64,000 bases of DNA, from positions 1 to 64,000 of the forward strand of contig CAXULY010000026.1 of NCBI GenBank assembly GCA_964252075.1, in the 5' to 3' direction. Numbering within the stretch: the first letter of the stretch is position 1; every line of letters starts with the position of its first letter. The notes beneath the pieces are model-generated. The model ran no database searches. It had not been told where the DNA came from and worked only from the letters and a program-made list of their open reading frames with translations. Source of the DNA: an uncultured Deinococcaceae bacterium (GTDB taxonomy: Bacteria > Deinococcota > Deinococci > Deinococcales > Deinococcaceae). Of this stretch, positions 1 to 9,765 are shown one piece after another. Made by a program: the position numbers and the translations under genes.

Positions 1-46
1 CTCGCCCCGAAGGGCTCAAAGAGAATAAACGGACCACGAGAAATTG

Positions 47-1516
47 TCAAGCACCGGATGTTGCAGTGGCAGGAGACTGCAGGAACGCGCCATCCGTCGC
101 CCCCTCAAACGCTGCAGCGACAGTGAGCAGGCGCTCGTCTAAAAGTGCTGGCGCGATGAACTGCAGCCCCACCGGAAGAGCGCGTCCAGTCACGGATGCA
201 AAACCTGCGGGCACGCTGACCGCCGGTAGGCCAGCAAGGCTGACGCCGACCGTGTCCACGTCCGCCGCGTACATGGCGAGCGGATCGCCCACCTTCTCAC
301 CCGCTTTGAAGGCAGGAAACGGCGAGGTGGGCGTCAAGAGGACGTCGAAGGACTCGAAGGCGCGGGAAAAATCGCGGGCGATCAGGTGACGCACCCGCAT
401 GGCCTTGCTGTAGTACGCGTCGTAGTACCCGCTGGAGAGCGCGTACGTCCCCATCAGGATGCGGCGCTTCACTTCACGACCAAATTCAGCGCCTCGCGTG
501 GCGGCCATGGAGGCCACCACGTCGGACCGCGACACGCGCTCGCCGTACACCATGCCGTCGTAACGGGCGAGGTTGCTGCTGGCTTCCGGGGTAGAGATGA
601 GGTAATACGCTGCCAACGCATAGCGCAGCGTTGGAAGACTTACCTCCCCCACCTGCATCCCCATAGATGACAAAGTTTTGCGTCCCTCTTGGAGCGCCAC
701 CTCAACGTCTGGACTGTTGCCGACCAGCGACTCCCGCACCACACCTACACGCAGTCCCTTCGCATCCGCCGAGAGGGCCGGCGTGAATGCGGACTTGGTG
801 TCGAGGCTGGTGGCATCGAGAGGGTCGTGGCCCACCAGCGCATCGAGAATCAACGCGAGGTCCTGCGCCGTCGTGGCAAAGGGACCAATTTGATCCAGAC
901 TGCTGGCGTGCGCCACCAAACCAAACCGTGACACCCGACCGTACGTGGGCTTAAAGCCATACACGCCCGTGAATGCGGCGGGCTGACGGATGGAACCACC
1001 CGTGTCTGAGCCAAGGCTGAGTGGCACCATGTCTGCAGCCACGGCCACCGCACTCCCACCGGACGTTCCCCCAGGGACCCTGGATGTGTCCCATGGATTG
1101 AGGGCCGGTCCCCATGCGGAGTTCTCGGTGCTTGAACCCATGGCGAACTCATCCATGTTCGCCTTGCCAATCACCACGGCACCTGCCGCTTCCAGCCGGG
1201 CGACAGCGGTCGCGGTGTAGGGGCTCACGTAGTGCGCCAGCATGTGGCTGCCGCAGGTGGTGCGCGTGCCGCGCACGTTCAGGTTGTCCTTAACGATGAC
1301 GGGAACGCCCGCCAGCGGCAGCACTTCCCCATTGGACAGGCGCTCCTCCACGCGGCGCGCTGCCTCAGGGGCGCCCTCCACTGTACCGACGAGCGCGTTC
1401 AGCGACGAGAGCTGCTGAGCCCGCTCAAGCGCCTCATGCACGATCATTGAGGGACTGCGTTCGCCGGAACGCACCTGGCCAACCAGTTGAGACGCGGAAA
1501 CTCGCACGGCGACCAT
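47..1516 (-). CDS. gatA: Asp/Glu-tRNA amidotransferase subunit A
   Basis: Amidase signature (KDNL, GKANMDEFAMGSSTENS, GGTSGGSA, GSDTGGSIRQPAA) and GatA-specific SSNLARYDG and EVKRRILMGTYALSSGYYDAYY. Start taken at ATG 1516. Confidence 0.95.
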   Translation of the reverse strand: MVAVRVSASQLVGQVRSGERSPSMIVHEALERAQQLSSLNALVGTVEGAPEAARRVEERLSNGEVLPLAGVPVIVKDNLNVRGTRTTCGSHMLAHYVSPYTATAVARLEAAGAVVIGKANMDEFAMGSSTENSAWGPALNPWDTSRVPGGTSGGSAVAVAADMVPLSLGSDTGGSIRQPAAFTGVYGFKPTYGRVSRFGLVAHASSLDQIGPFATTAQDLALILDALVGHDPLDATSLDTKSAFTPALSADAKGLRVGVVRESLVGNSPDVEVALQEGRKTLSSMGMQVGEVSLPTLRYALAAYYLISTPEASSNLARYDGMVYGERVSRSDVVASMAATRGAEFGREVKRRILMGTYALSSGYYDAYYSKAMRVRHLIARDFSRAFESFDVLLTPTSPFPAFKAGEKVGDPLAMYAADVDTVGVSLAGLPAVSVPAGFASVTGRALPVGLQFIAPALLDERLLTVAAAFEGATDGAFLQSPATATSGA

Positions 1517-1576
1517 TGTAGGCGCTGCCCGCACCAGCGCGCCCGCCAAGTTGTATTGCTTTTGCGAAACTGCCTC

Positions 1577-2380
1577 TCAGTGCGGGCGGACGAGCACCGA
1601 CTCGCCTGAGCGAAGCCCATGCTGCATGAGCCATTCGCGAGGCAGCACCAGCGCGGTGCCCAGATTCGGCCGGGCCCGCACCGCGAACGCGACCACCTGA
1701 CCCGAATCGGTCTTGACCATCACCTTTCGCACTGGCGCTCCTGTGTCGTCCGACCAACGCGCCACAATGATCTCGTCTAGCTCGGCGGTCTTCGAGCCGC
1801 CACGGTCCAGCGTGAGCGTCAGGCGGGCTGTGCGTGCCTTGCGGGGCACCAGCACCCCCAGGCGGATGAGGCGCGCCGCGAGGGCGCGAGCGTCCATGCT
1901 CGCCATCAGTCTGGTCAGCGGCGTTCCGGCCTGAATCTCAGTAAGACACAGGCGCTCGCGTTCGGTGAGCATCAGGTTCGCTTCAGTCGTCCCCTCGGAG
2001 AGCCGGCCCGGCCCATCGAACAGGACCTCTGGCGGCGGCAGCTCACGCAGCGCCGCCAGGGCGAAGGCCTCCACCGGAAGATCGAGTGGACCCCTGAGCG
2101 GCACGGTGTCCTCGAAAGAGAAGTGACCGCTCGGGTCGCTCGCCACGACCGCCAGCGCGGAGGAACCGCGCCGATCGCCGTACAGGGCGTTCTGAATGCG
2201 GCCCTGCCGCAGCGCCACCTGCAGCTCGCCACGCTCCTGCGTGATGCGCAGGGTGCCCGAGCGTTGGGTGCGCCCCAGCATGAACAGCAGGGCAAGCGGA
2301 TCGAACGTTTCGAGGCTGGTGGTGTGCGGCGACGGGCGTTCCAACATATTCAGTCGACCCATGCTAACCGCCCCATTCAC
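1577..2380 (-). CDS. DUF4388-like domain protein
   Basis: N-terminal pattern (SLETFDPLALLFMLGRTQRSGTLRI...GRIQNA...SGHFSFE) resembles DUF4388. Start uncertain. Confidence 0.6.
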   Translation of the reverse strand: MNGAVSMGRLNMLERPSPHTTSLETFDPLALLFMLGRTQRSGTLRITQERGELQVALRQGRIQNALYGDRRGSSALAVVASDPSGHFSFEDTVPLRGPLDLPVEAFALAALRELPPPEVLFDGPGRLSEGTTEANLMLTERERLCLTEIQAGTPLTRLMASMDARALAARLIRLGVLVPRKARTARLTLTLDRGGSKTAELDEIIVARWSDDTGAPVRKVMVKTDSGQVVAFAVRARPNLGTALVLPREWLMQHGLRSGESVLVRPH

Positions 2381-2398
2381 GGCTGTCGCGCAGATCTG

Positions 2399-2920
2399 TC
2401 AGCTACGCAGCAGGTGGCTGAAGTCCTCCTGCTGATCCAGCGGCGGGAGGTCAGCGAGGGATGCGAGACCGAACTCCAGCAGGAACTTCTCTGTCGTGCC
2501 GTACAGCAGGGGACGCCCCACCGCCTCCGAGCGGCCCACCACCTTGACGAGTTCCCGCTCCTGGAGGGTCACGATGGTGCCTGCACTTGCGCCCCGCATT
2601 GCCTCAACCTCCGCGCGGGTGAGCGGCTGCCGGTAGGCAATCACCGCGAGCACCTCCAGGGCCGCCGATGACAGGGGCGGCAGGGGCGGCGGCGCGAGGA
2701 CCGGCGAGAGGCGCAGCGCGGTCTCTGGCAGCACCACGAGGCGGTAACCGCCCGCCACCTCCTCCAGACTGAAACCCAGGTCGGCGGCCTGCAAGGCGTC
2801 GCGAAAGTCCTGCAGGTGCTGGCCGACTTCAATCACACGCACGCCCAGCAACTCCGCGAGCTCACGCGCCTGCACAGGCCGACCAGCAGCCAGGAGGGCC
2901 GCGCCGATCAGCGAGCGCAT
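2399..2920 (-). CDS. scpB: SMC-Scp complex subunit ScpB
   Basis: EVAGGYRL, LSSAALEVLAVIAYRQPLTRAEVEAMRG, GRPLLYGTTEKFLLEFGL. Confidence 0.95.
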   Translation of the reverse strand: MRSLIGAALLAAGRPVQARELAELLGVRVIEVGQHLQDFRDALQAADLGFSLEEVAGGYRLVVLPETALRLSPVLAPPPLPPLSSAALEVLAVIAYRQPLTRAEVEAMRGASAGTIVTLQERELVKVVGRSEAVGRPLLYGTTEKFLLEFGLASLADLPPLDQQEDFSHLLRS

Positions 2921-3549
2921 GCCCACGCCTCTACCAGAGCAGCACTCGGTATGCCCCCTTCGCGCAGCACCACGCCCCGAGTCGCGTCAAAAACGGTGCT
3001 GGGCTGACCGGCCGAAGACTCACCACGAAGGATGGCGTCGGCCAGTCGCGCGGCGCGGGCGTCCTCGAACGTCCGTGCTGGCGCTTCACCGCTGCGGTTG
3101 AGGCTGCTGCTGACCAGCACGCCACCCGCGAACTGGGCGAGGCGCTGCGCGATGGGATGATCGGGAACCCGCAGTCCGACCTGTGCATATGGGGCAAGCC
3201 AGGCCGGACAATTGGGAGCTGCCTCGACCACCAGCGTGAGCGGTCCGGGCCAGTAACCTGCGAATGCCTGAACCATTTTTTCGCCCTGAGCGCCCGCGAG
3301 TGTGAGCGCTACCTTGGTGTCCGCACACAGCACCTGAAACGGCTTTCCGTCTGGCCGACCCTTTATGGCCCCCAGCCGCGCGACCGCATCCTGGGTAGCG
3401 GCTGTCACACCCAGACCCCACACCGTTTCGGTTGGGAAGCCCACCACCGCACCAGCACCCACCATCCTGCTTATGGTTTCCTCATCCATCGGGTCGAGAA
3501 CCAGCGATTCTCCACTTGTGGACGCCAAAAATTCGTCAGCGTCAAGCAT
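2908..3549 (-). CDS. tsaC: L-threonylcarbamoyladenylate synthase (Sua5/YrdC/TsaC family)
   Basis: FPTETVWGLG, KGRPDGKP, WPGPLTLV, VGLRVPDHP, SSSLNRSGE, PSTVFD, LREGGI. Start may be a downstream ATG. Confidence 0.85.
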   Translation of the reverse strand: MLDADEFLASTSGESLVLDPMDEETISRMVGAGAVVGFPTETVWGLGVTAATQDAVARLGAIKGRPDGKPFQVLCADTKVALTLAGAQGEKMVQAFAGYWPGPLTLVVEAAPNCPAWLAPYAQVGLRVPDHPIAQRLAQFAGGVLVSSSLNRSGEAPARTFEDARAARLADAILRGESSAGQPSTVFDATRGVVLREGGIPSAALVEAWACAR

Positions 3550-3572
3550 GAAGAGAGTTTATACTTCTGGGC

Positions 3573-4793
3573 ATGCCGGTCTTCGATTACCGAGTGCGTG
3601 ACGCGAACGGACGCATCCTCTCCTCCCAGTTCGAGGCGGAGACCATCGCCCAGGTGCGCGACGCGCTTCGCTCCAAAGGCCTCTTCATCGTCGACATCAG
3701 GCCCCCCAAAACGGGCCTCAACGCGAACATCAGTATCCCATTTCTCGACAACCAGCCTCCTGGACTCAAGCAGGTGGCGGTGTTCTCCCGTCAACTCGCC
3801 ACCATGATCAACTCCGGCGTTCCGCTCGTGCAGTCACTGAACATCATGGCGCGGCAGACGGACCACAAGGGCTTCCAGAAGGTCATCAAGAACATCCGGA
3901 TGGAGGTAGAGAGCGGCACGCCGTTCAGCGAATCCATTGTCAAGTACCCCAAAATCTTTTCCCGCCTGTACCTCAACTTGGTGCGCGCGGGCGAAGTGTC
4001 GGGCTCTCTGGACAGCATCCTCGACCGCATCAGCATCTTCTTGGAGAAGGACCTGGCGCTTCGCGGAAAGATCAAGAGCGCCCTGACGTACCCCACCATC
4101 GTGCTGCTGTTCGCGGTGGTGATCACCTACTTCCTGCTGACCACCATCGTGCCACAGTTCGCGAACATTCTGATTCAGCTGAACGCCCCGCTGCCCACCA
4201 TCACGCGCGTACTCATTGCGGTGTCGGACTTCCTGCAGCACCAGTGGTACATCCTGATTGGAATTATTGTGCTGGGCGTCGTGGCGTACCGCTACGCCTA
4301 CGGCACCAAGAAGGGCCGCCACGCCATTGACGACTTCAAGCTGCGGGTTCCACTGCTGGGGCCGCTCATCCGCAAGTCCGCCATCGCGAGCTTTTCACGT
4401 ACCCTGGGGCTGCTGCTCACCAGCGGTGTGAACATCGTGGAGGCGCTCGACATCACGCGTGGCACGGCGAACAACGCCATCATTGAGGACACGCTCGAGA
4501 ACGCGCGCAACGTGGTAATGGTGGGCGAGCAGATGTCCGGCTCTCTGGCGGCCAGCAAGATCTTTCCGCCGATGGTGACCTCCATGGTCGCGATTGGTGA
4601 GGAGACGGGCGCGCTGGACGACCTCCTGGGCAAGATCGCGGACTTCTATGACCGCGAGGTGGACGAGGCTGTCAGCGGCCTGACCGCGGCCATCGAACCG
4701 ATCATGATCGTCATCCTGGGTGTCATCGTGGGCACCATCGTGGCGGGTATGTTCCTCCCGATGTTCAGCATCATCGGTCAACTCAGCAAGTAG
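3573..4793 (+). CDS. pilC: Type IV pilus platform protein PilC (T2SS F family)
   Basis: FSRQLATMINSGVPL, AGEVSGSLD, KIKSALTYP, IGEETGALD, IEPIMI, MFLPMF. TATACT lies 7 nt before the ATG. Confidence 0.93.
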   Translation: MPVFDYRVRDANGRILSSQFEAETIAQVRDALRSKGLFIVDIRPPKTGLNANISIPFLDNQPPGLKQVAVFSRQLATMINSGVPLVQSLNIMARQTDHKGFQKVIKNIRMEVESGTPFSESIVKYPKIFSRLYLNLVRAGEVSGSLDSILDRISIFLEKDLALRGKIKSALTYPTIVLLFAVVITYFLLTTIVPQFANILIQLNAPLPTITRVLIAVSDFLQHQWYILIGIIVLGVVAYRYAYGTKKGRHAIDDFKLRVPLLGPLIRKSAIASFSRTLGLLLTSGVNIVEALDITRGTANNAIIEDTLENARNVVMVGEQMSGSLAASKIFPPMVTSMVAIGEETGALDDLLGKIADFYDREVDEAVSGLTAAIEPIMIVILGVIVGTIVAGMFLPMFSIIGQLSK

Positions 4794-4805
4794 AACGGGT
4801 TCAGG

Positions 4806-4837
4806 GCAGGCGGGGGGCCGCACGGCCCCCCGCCTGC
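4806..4837. terminator. Inverted repeat between convergent pilC and mtnN
   Basis: gcaggcggggggccg / cggccccccgcctgc. Confidence 0.75.
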
Positions 4838-4849
4838 TTATGGTCGGGC

Positions 4850-5536
4850 TCAGTCGAGCGCGAGCAGCATGCGGCGCACGACCGCTTTGGCCGTCTGCGC
4901 GACCTGCGGCATGAAGCTGGGGTAATCCACGTTCGCACCTCCGTCCGCGGTGTCGCTGATGGCGCGGATGACGACGTAGGGCACGCCAGCTTTCGCGCAC
5001 ACCTGCGCGACGGCGGCGCCCTCCATCTCGGCGCAGGCGGCCGCGAAGGTCTGGCGCAGCCACACGACTTTCTCCCGGGAGGCCACGAACTGGTCGCCGC
5101 TCGCGACGCGGCCCTCCAGCACGCGTTCACCGACGACGGCACGGGCGGCATTCAGGGCCAGTATCCGCAGTGCGTCATCGGCGGGCCAGCTGGGCCGCTC
5201 GTCCGGGATCAGGCCGATGTCGTAACCGAGGGCGGTGACGTCCACGTCGTGCTGTACGCAATCGCGGCTCACGACGAGGTCACCGACCTTGAGGGTGGGG
5301 TCGACGCCGCCCGCCACGCCCGTGAAGATGACCTGATTCACTCCATGCGAGAGGAGGGCCACGGTGGTCATGGCGGCGTTCACCTTGCCAATCCCGCATT
5401 GCGTGACGGCGACCGTGCGTCCGTCCAGGGTGCCGGTGCTGATGCTGGTGCCCCAGTGCGTGGTGGTCCGGGTGTCCGTCATGTCTGCGCGCAGCAGTTC
5501 AAGTTCTTCGCGCATGGCGCCGATGATGCCAATCAT
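4850..5536 (-). CDS. mtnN: 5'-methylthioadenosine/S-adenosylhomocysteine nucleosidase
   Basis: IGIIGAMREE, GIGKVNAA, FTGVAGG, SGDQFV, EMEGAAVAQV, IRAISDTAD. Confidence 0.95.
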   Translation of the reverse strand: MIGIIGAMREELELLRADMTDTRTTTHWGTSISTGTLDGRTVAVTQCGIGKVNAAMTTVALLSHGVNQVIFTGVAGGVDPTLKVGDLVVSRDCVQHDVDVTALGYDIGLIPDERPSWPADDALRILALNAARAVVGERVLEGRVASGDQFVASREKVVWLRQTFAAACAEMEGAAVAQVCAKAGVPYVVIRAISDTADGGANVDYPSFMPQVAQTAKAVVRRMLLALD

Positions 5537-5599
5537 GGCGGGAGTCTAGCGGAGGGTCGCGTCGCGTGCCGGACGCCGCGCGTCCCGTATTCTCGTGAG

Positions 5600-6772
5600 G
5601 TGACGAGTCACCCTTACGACGATCTGCGCCCGGAGGACGTGCGGCACCCGGACAGCGCGAAGTGGACCAGGTACCCGGACGACGTGCTGCCCCTGTGGGT
5701 GGCGGACATGGATTTCCCCGTGGCGCCCGCCATCATGGAGGCGCTTCAGGCCCGGCTGGCGCGCGGCATCGGGTACGCCGCCGCGCCGCAGCTCGCGGCG
5801 CAGATCACGGCGCACCTCGCGGAGGGCGGCCTGACGGATGTGCCGGAGGACGGGCTGCTGTTCCTGCCGGGCGTGGTACCGGGTTTGTACGCTTCGGTGC
5901 TGGGCCTGAGCAGCCCGGGGGACGAGGTGGTGACGGTGACGCCGATCTACCCGCCGTTCCTGAGCGCCATCACGGATCACGGGCGGGTGCTGAGAGCGGC
6001 GCCACTGCTCGCGACGCCGGATGGGTGGCGCCTTGATCCGGACGCGCTGGAGGCGGCGGTCACTCCGGCGGCGCGTGTGCTGATGCTGTGCCATCCGCAC
6101 AACCCGACGGGCCGCGTGTGGTCGCACGACGAGCTGGAGTACCTCGCGGATTTCGCGCTGCGCCACCGCCTGTGGGTGGTGTCGGACGAGCTGCACGCGG
6201 ACCTCACGCTGGACGGCGCGCACCGCGCGTTCGCGGGCGTGAGGCCAGAGGTGGCGGAGCGGACCATCACGCTCACGGGTCCCGCGAAGGCGTACAACAC
6301 GGCGGGTCTGGGCATTGGGGTGGCGGTGAGCCACAACGCCGCGCTGATCGCGCGGGTGCGGCGTGCGGGAGCGGGCGTGATGGGGCACCCGTCGGCCCTC
6401 AGTTACACCGCGTGGAGCGCCGCGCTGGCGTCCGGAGGCGAGTGGCTGGAGGACACCCGCGCGTACCTGCGCGGCAACCGCGACTTCCTGGCGGCGTTCC
6501 TGCGGGAGCGCCTGCCGCGCGTGCGGTTCACGCCGCCCCAGGCCACGTACCTGGCATGGCTGGATCTGAGCGCGTACGGCCTGGAGCACCCCGGGCAGTT
6601 CCTGCTGGAGAAGGCGCGGGTGGGACTGAATGACGGTCCGAGCTTCGGGCCTGAACTCGGCGGGTTCGTGCGCCTGAACTTCGCCACATCGCGCGGCATT
6701 CTCGCGGAGGCACTCGAGCGCATGGCGCGGGCGCTGGATGAGGTGGAGAAGAACCCCAGCACCCAGATTTAA
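5600..6772 (+). CDS. MalY/PatB family PLP-dependent C-S lyase
   Basis: SAKW...LPLWVADMDF, LCHPHNPTGRVW, SDELHADL, ATYLAWLD, FVRLNFAT. GTG 5600 follows TATTCT by 6 nt. Confidence 0.9.
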   Translation: MTSHPYDDLRPEDVRHPDSAKWTRYPDDVLPLWVADMDFPVAPAIMEALQARLARGIGYAAAPQLAAQITAHLAEGGLTDVPEDGLLFLPGVVPGLYASVLGLSSPGDEVVTVTPIYPPFLSAITDHGRVLRAAPLLATPDGWRLDPDALEAAVTPAARVLMLCHPHNPTGRVWSHDELEYLADFALRHRLWVVSDELHADLTLDGAHRAFAGVRPEVAERTITLTGPAKAYNTAGLGIGVAVSHNAALIARVRRAGAGVMGHPSALSYTAWSAALASGGEWLEDTRAYLRGNRDFLAAFLRERLPRVRFTPPQATYLAWLDLSAYGLEHPGQFLLEKARVGLNDGPSFGPELGGFVRLNFATSRGILAEALERMARALDEVEKNPSTQI

Positions 6773-6839
6773 GCTTCGGCTTAAGGAAACAGGGCGATTT
6801 GCAAGAGTTTGGTTGGAGCTTTGGACCTAAGCTCCAGGC

Positions 6840-7166
6840 ATGATGCGCCGCCGCCCTGCCACCCCTTCCCCGATCGGCCTGCGTGAGGACCAGCTGGACA
6901 TCACCTGCCGTCACTTCGGGCCGGTGATGTGGCTGGAGGACGCGGCTGCCTGGGCTCGGCGGCTGGAACTGGACCGCCCACAACAGGTGTTCGTGCTCGC
7001 CGAGGAGGCGGGCGCGTGGCGGGTGGTGGAGGTGCGGGACGCCCACGCGCCACTGCCGACCGCAGACGGGCGTGACCTGCGCCTGCGCTACCACCACCGT
7101 CACCACGGCCTGAGCGTCGCGGTGTGCCTGCCGATCGAGCGTCACCAGTGGCAGGCCGCTGACTGA
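6840..7166 (+). CDS. Hypothetical protein (108 aa)
   Basis: Fills the gap with GC-biased codons and is followed by a strong hairpin; family not recognised. Confidence 0.6.
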   Translation: MMRRRPATPSPIGLREDQLDITCRHFGPVMWLEDAAAWARRLELDRPQQVFVLAEEAGAWRVVEVRDAHAPLPTADGRDLRLRYHHRHHGLSVAVCLPIERHQWQAAD

Positions 7167-7181
7167 GACCAGCAGATAAGA

Positions 7182-7219
7182 AAATGAGGGGAGTGGCGCT
7201 GGCGCCACTCCCCTCATTT
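7182..7219. terminator. Bidirectional terminator hairpin
   Basis: 18-nt perfect inverted repeat aaatgaggggagtggcgc / gcgccactcccctcattt between convergent genes. Confidence 0.85.
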
Positions 7220-7247
7220 CAGCTCTGAGCGGCACCCCATTTCAGGT

Positions 7248-8219
7248 TCAGGTCGTGGCGGGCTCCGCGACGCGCTCACGTGAGTAAGGCCGGTAGCCAC
7301 GCGGCGTGTCGTGCGGTGGGTCCGCGAAGAGGCTCGTGGTGAGGTAGCGCGCGCCCGTGTCGCACGCGATGGTCACCACGCGTTTGCCCGGCCCAAGTCG
7401 GCGCGCCACTTCCAGCGCGCCCCACACCATCCCGCCGGACGACATGCCCACGAAGACGCCTTCCTCTGCCGCGAGGCGGCGCGCGAGCGGGAAGGCGTCC
7501 TCCTCCCAGACCTGCACCACGTCATCAATGACGCTCCGGTCAAGGTTCTCCGGGATGAAGCCCGGACCCATGCCCTGGAAGTTGTGCTCGCCGCGCTCGC
7601 CGCCGGACAGCACGTTGCTGCGGGCGGGCTCCACCGCAATCACCTGCACCTGGGGGTTCTGCCGCTTGAGGTACCGCCCGACGCCGGAGATGGTGCCGCC
7701 CGTGCCGCTCCCGTACACGAAGGCGTCAATGCGGCCCTCCATGCCGTCCCACACCTCCGGGCCGGTGCTGCGCTCGTGCACCGCCGGGTTGGCGGGGTTC
7801 GCGAACTGGTTCGGCATGAAGGCGCCCGTCTCGTCCCGGATGCGTTCGGCCTCCGCGATGGCGGCTATCATGCGGAGTTCCGGGTCGGTGAGGACCAGTT
7901 CGGCGCCGTAGGCGCGCAGGGTGCGTTTCCGTTCATCGCTCATCTGGGCGGGCATCGTGAGGATCAGGCGGTAGCCGCGCGACGCCGCGACCTGCGCCAG
8001 ACCGATGCCGGTGTTGCCGCTGGTGGGCTCCACGATGGTGCCGCCGGGCTTTAGGAGGCCGCGCGCTTCGGCGTCCTCAATCAGGCCGAGGGCCGTGCGG
8101 TCCTTGATGGAGCCGCCGGGGTTCAGGCCCTCCAGCTTCACGAAAACCTCCGCCATGCCCGGCTCCACCACGTTCTGAAGCTGCACGAGCGGCGTGTGCC
8201 CGATGAGACGGTCGATCAT
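7248..8219 (-). CDS. cysK: Cysteine synthase A (O-acetylserine sulfhydrylase)
   Basis: IGHTPLV, KLEGLNPGGSIKDR, EPTSGNTGIGLA, GSGTGGT, QGMGPGFIP. TACAGT lies 6 nt before ATG 8219. Confidence 0.95.
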   Translation of the reverse strand: MIDRLIGHTPLVQLQNVVEPGMAEVFVKLEGLNPGGSIKDRTALGLIEDAEARGLLKPGGTIVEPTSGNTGIGLAQVAASRGYRLILTMPAQMSDERKRTLRAYGAELVLTDPELRMIAAIAEAERIRDETGAFMPNQFANPANPAVHERSTGPEVWDGMEGRIDAFVYGSGTGGTISGVGRYLKRQNPQVQVIAVEPARSNVLSGGERGEHNFQGMGPGFIPENLDRSVIDDVVQVWEEDAFPLARRLAAEEGVFVGMSSGGMVWGALEVARRLGPGKRVVTIACDTGARYLTTSLFADPPHDTPRGYRPYSRERVAEPATT

Positions 8220-8306
8220 GCGCCCACTGTAGCGAAGAGGGGCGCGGCGCATTGCGGCGTGAACAGGCATGCCCGCGCCACCGCGCGCATCCCGTAGCCT
8301 GTGGCG

Positions 8307-9077
8307 GTGAACCTCATCCACCACCTCTCCGGCACCTTCATCAACGTGGTCACCGTTCTGGTGGGCAGCCTGACCGGCCTGCTGCTGGGCGGCCGGCTTC
8401 CGGAGCGCACGCAGCGCACGCTGCTCCAGACCCTCAGCCTCGTGACCCTGTACATCGCGCTGGACATGGCGAGCGCGCTCGGGCGGGTGCAGGGCGGGGT
8501 GGTGCCGGGCGTCATCCTGGCGCTCGTGAGCCTCGCGCTGGGCGCGGTGATTGGGGAGGCGCTCGGCGTGGAGGAGCGCCTCGCGCAACTGGGCGAGGTG
8601 CTCAAGCGGCGCGTGCGGTCCGGCGGGCGCTTCACGGAGGGCTTCGTGGCGGCCAGCCTGCTCTTCTGCGTGGGGCCGCTGACGCTGGTGGGCGCCATCC
8701 AGAACGGCCTCACGGGCGACGCGCAGTCCCTCACCGTGAAGTCGGCGCTGGACGGCATCGCGGGCCTCGCGCTGGCGGGCGTGTACGGCGTGGGCGTGAC
8801 CTTCAGCGCGCTCACAGTGCTGGTGGTGCAGGGCGGCATCAGCCTGCTGGCGGGCGGGCTGGCGTCGTCCCTGTTGAACGGCGCGGACCCGGACACCCTC
8901 CGAACGAACCTGTACGTGCTGCTCGTGACGGGCGTGGGCGGCGTGATGATCGTGGGCATCAGCTGGAACCTGATGCTCGCTGGACTGGGGCTGGAGGACC
9001 GCCGGGTGCGGGTGGGGAGCCTGCTGCCGGCGCTCGTAGTCGCGCCGCTGGCGTTGTGGCTGGCCCGCCTGATCTGA
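8307..9077 (+). CDS. DUF554 (YdfK-like) membrane protein
   Basis: GTFINVVTVLVGS, FTEGFVAASLLFCVGPL, KSALDG; multiple TM segments. Confidence 0.85.
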   Translation: MNLIHHLSGTFINVVTVLVGSLTGLLLGGRLPERTQRTLLQTLSLVTLYIALDMASALGRVQGGVVPGVILALVSLALGAVIGEALGVEERLAQLGEVLKRRVRSGGRFTEGFVAASLLFCVGPLTLVGAIQNGLTGDAQSLTVKSALDGIAGLALAGVYGVGVTFSALTVLVVQGGISLLAGGLASSLLNGADPDTLRTNLYVLLVTGVGGVMIVGISWNLMLAGLGLEDRRVRVGSLLPALVVAPLALWLARLI

Positions 9078-9087
9078 ACGGGGCGCG

Positions 9088-9705
9088 TCAGCCCTGCTCG
9101 GTCGCCACCGAGGGCCTTGCGCGCGGCGCTTCAGGCACCGTGAGGAGGGGCAGCAGCGGCTGAATGAGCGGCCCGATCAGCAGGGCGTAGGCGAGCGTGC
9201 CGACCCCCACGGAGCCGCCCAGCAGCCAGCCGGTCAAGACGACGCACACCTCGATGCTGGTGCGCACGACGCGCACGGAGCGCCCGGTGCGCGCCATGAG
9301 GCCCGTCATGAGGCCGTCACGGGGGCCGGGCCCGAGCCGCGCGCCGATGTACGCCGCGGTGGCCACCGCGTTCAGGAGGATGCCCGCGACCAGCAGGCAC
9401 ACCCGCAGCGGCAGGGACGTGATGGGGGGCAGCAGGGCCAGCGCGGCGTCCGCCGCGAAGCCGATGACCAGCACGTTGCTGATGGTGCCCAGGCCTGGGC
9501 GCTGCCGCAGGGGAATCCATAGGAGGAGCACCAAGATGCCAGTCGCGTTCACGACAGTCCCGAAGCTCCACGGCAGATGGCGCGCCGCGCCCTGGTGGAA
9601 CACGTCCCAGGGGTCCAGGCCGAGGTTCGCGCGAATCATGAGGGCCATGGAGGTGCCGTACAGGGCGAGGCCTACGAACAGCTGAACGATCCGGCGCAGC
9701 ATCAT
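9088..9705 (-). CDS. YczE/YitT family membrane protein
   Basis: ANLGLDPWDVFHQG, RQRPGLGT, LGPGPRDGLMTG, VVRTSIE, GGSVGVGT. Confidence 0.88.
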   Translation of the reverse strand: MMLRRIVQLFVGLALYGTSMALMIRANLGLDPWDVFHQGAARHLPWSFGTVVNATGILVLLLWIPLRQRPGLGTISNVLVIGFAADAALALLPPITSLPLRVCLLVAGILLNAVATAAYIGARLGPGPRDGLMTGLMARTGRSVRVVRTSIEVCVVLTGWLLGGSVGVGTLAYALLIGPLIQPLLPLLTVPEAPRARPSVATEQG

Positions 9706-9723
9706 CCCCACAGCATTCTCGAG

Positions 9724-9762
9724 ACTGGCCTTGATTTCCAGAGCCAGTTGACGCACAGTGGC
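9724..9762. promoter_or_regulatory. Putative MocR (YczR-type) operator
   Basis: ACTGGC (9724-29), inverted GCCAGT (9743-48) and a third copy AGTGGC (9757-62) in the 60-nt divergent gap. Confidence 0.5.
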
Positions 9763-9765
9763 TCC

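Noticed and set aside
1551..1570. Radiation/desiccation response motif upstream of gatA
   Set aside because: Several mismatches to the palindromic consensus; none was seen before recN or recJ either.
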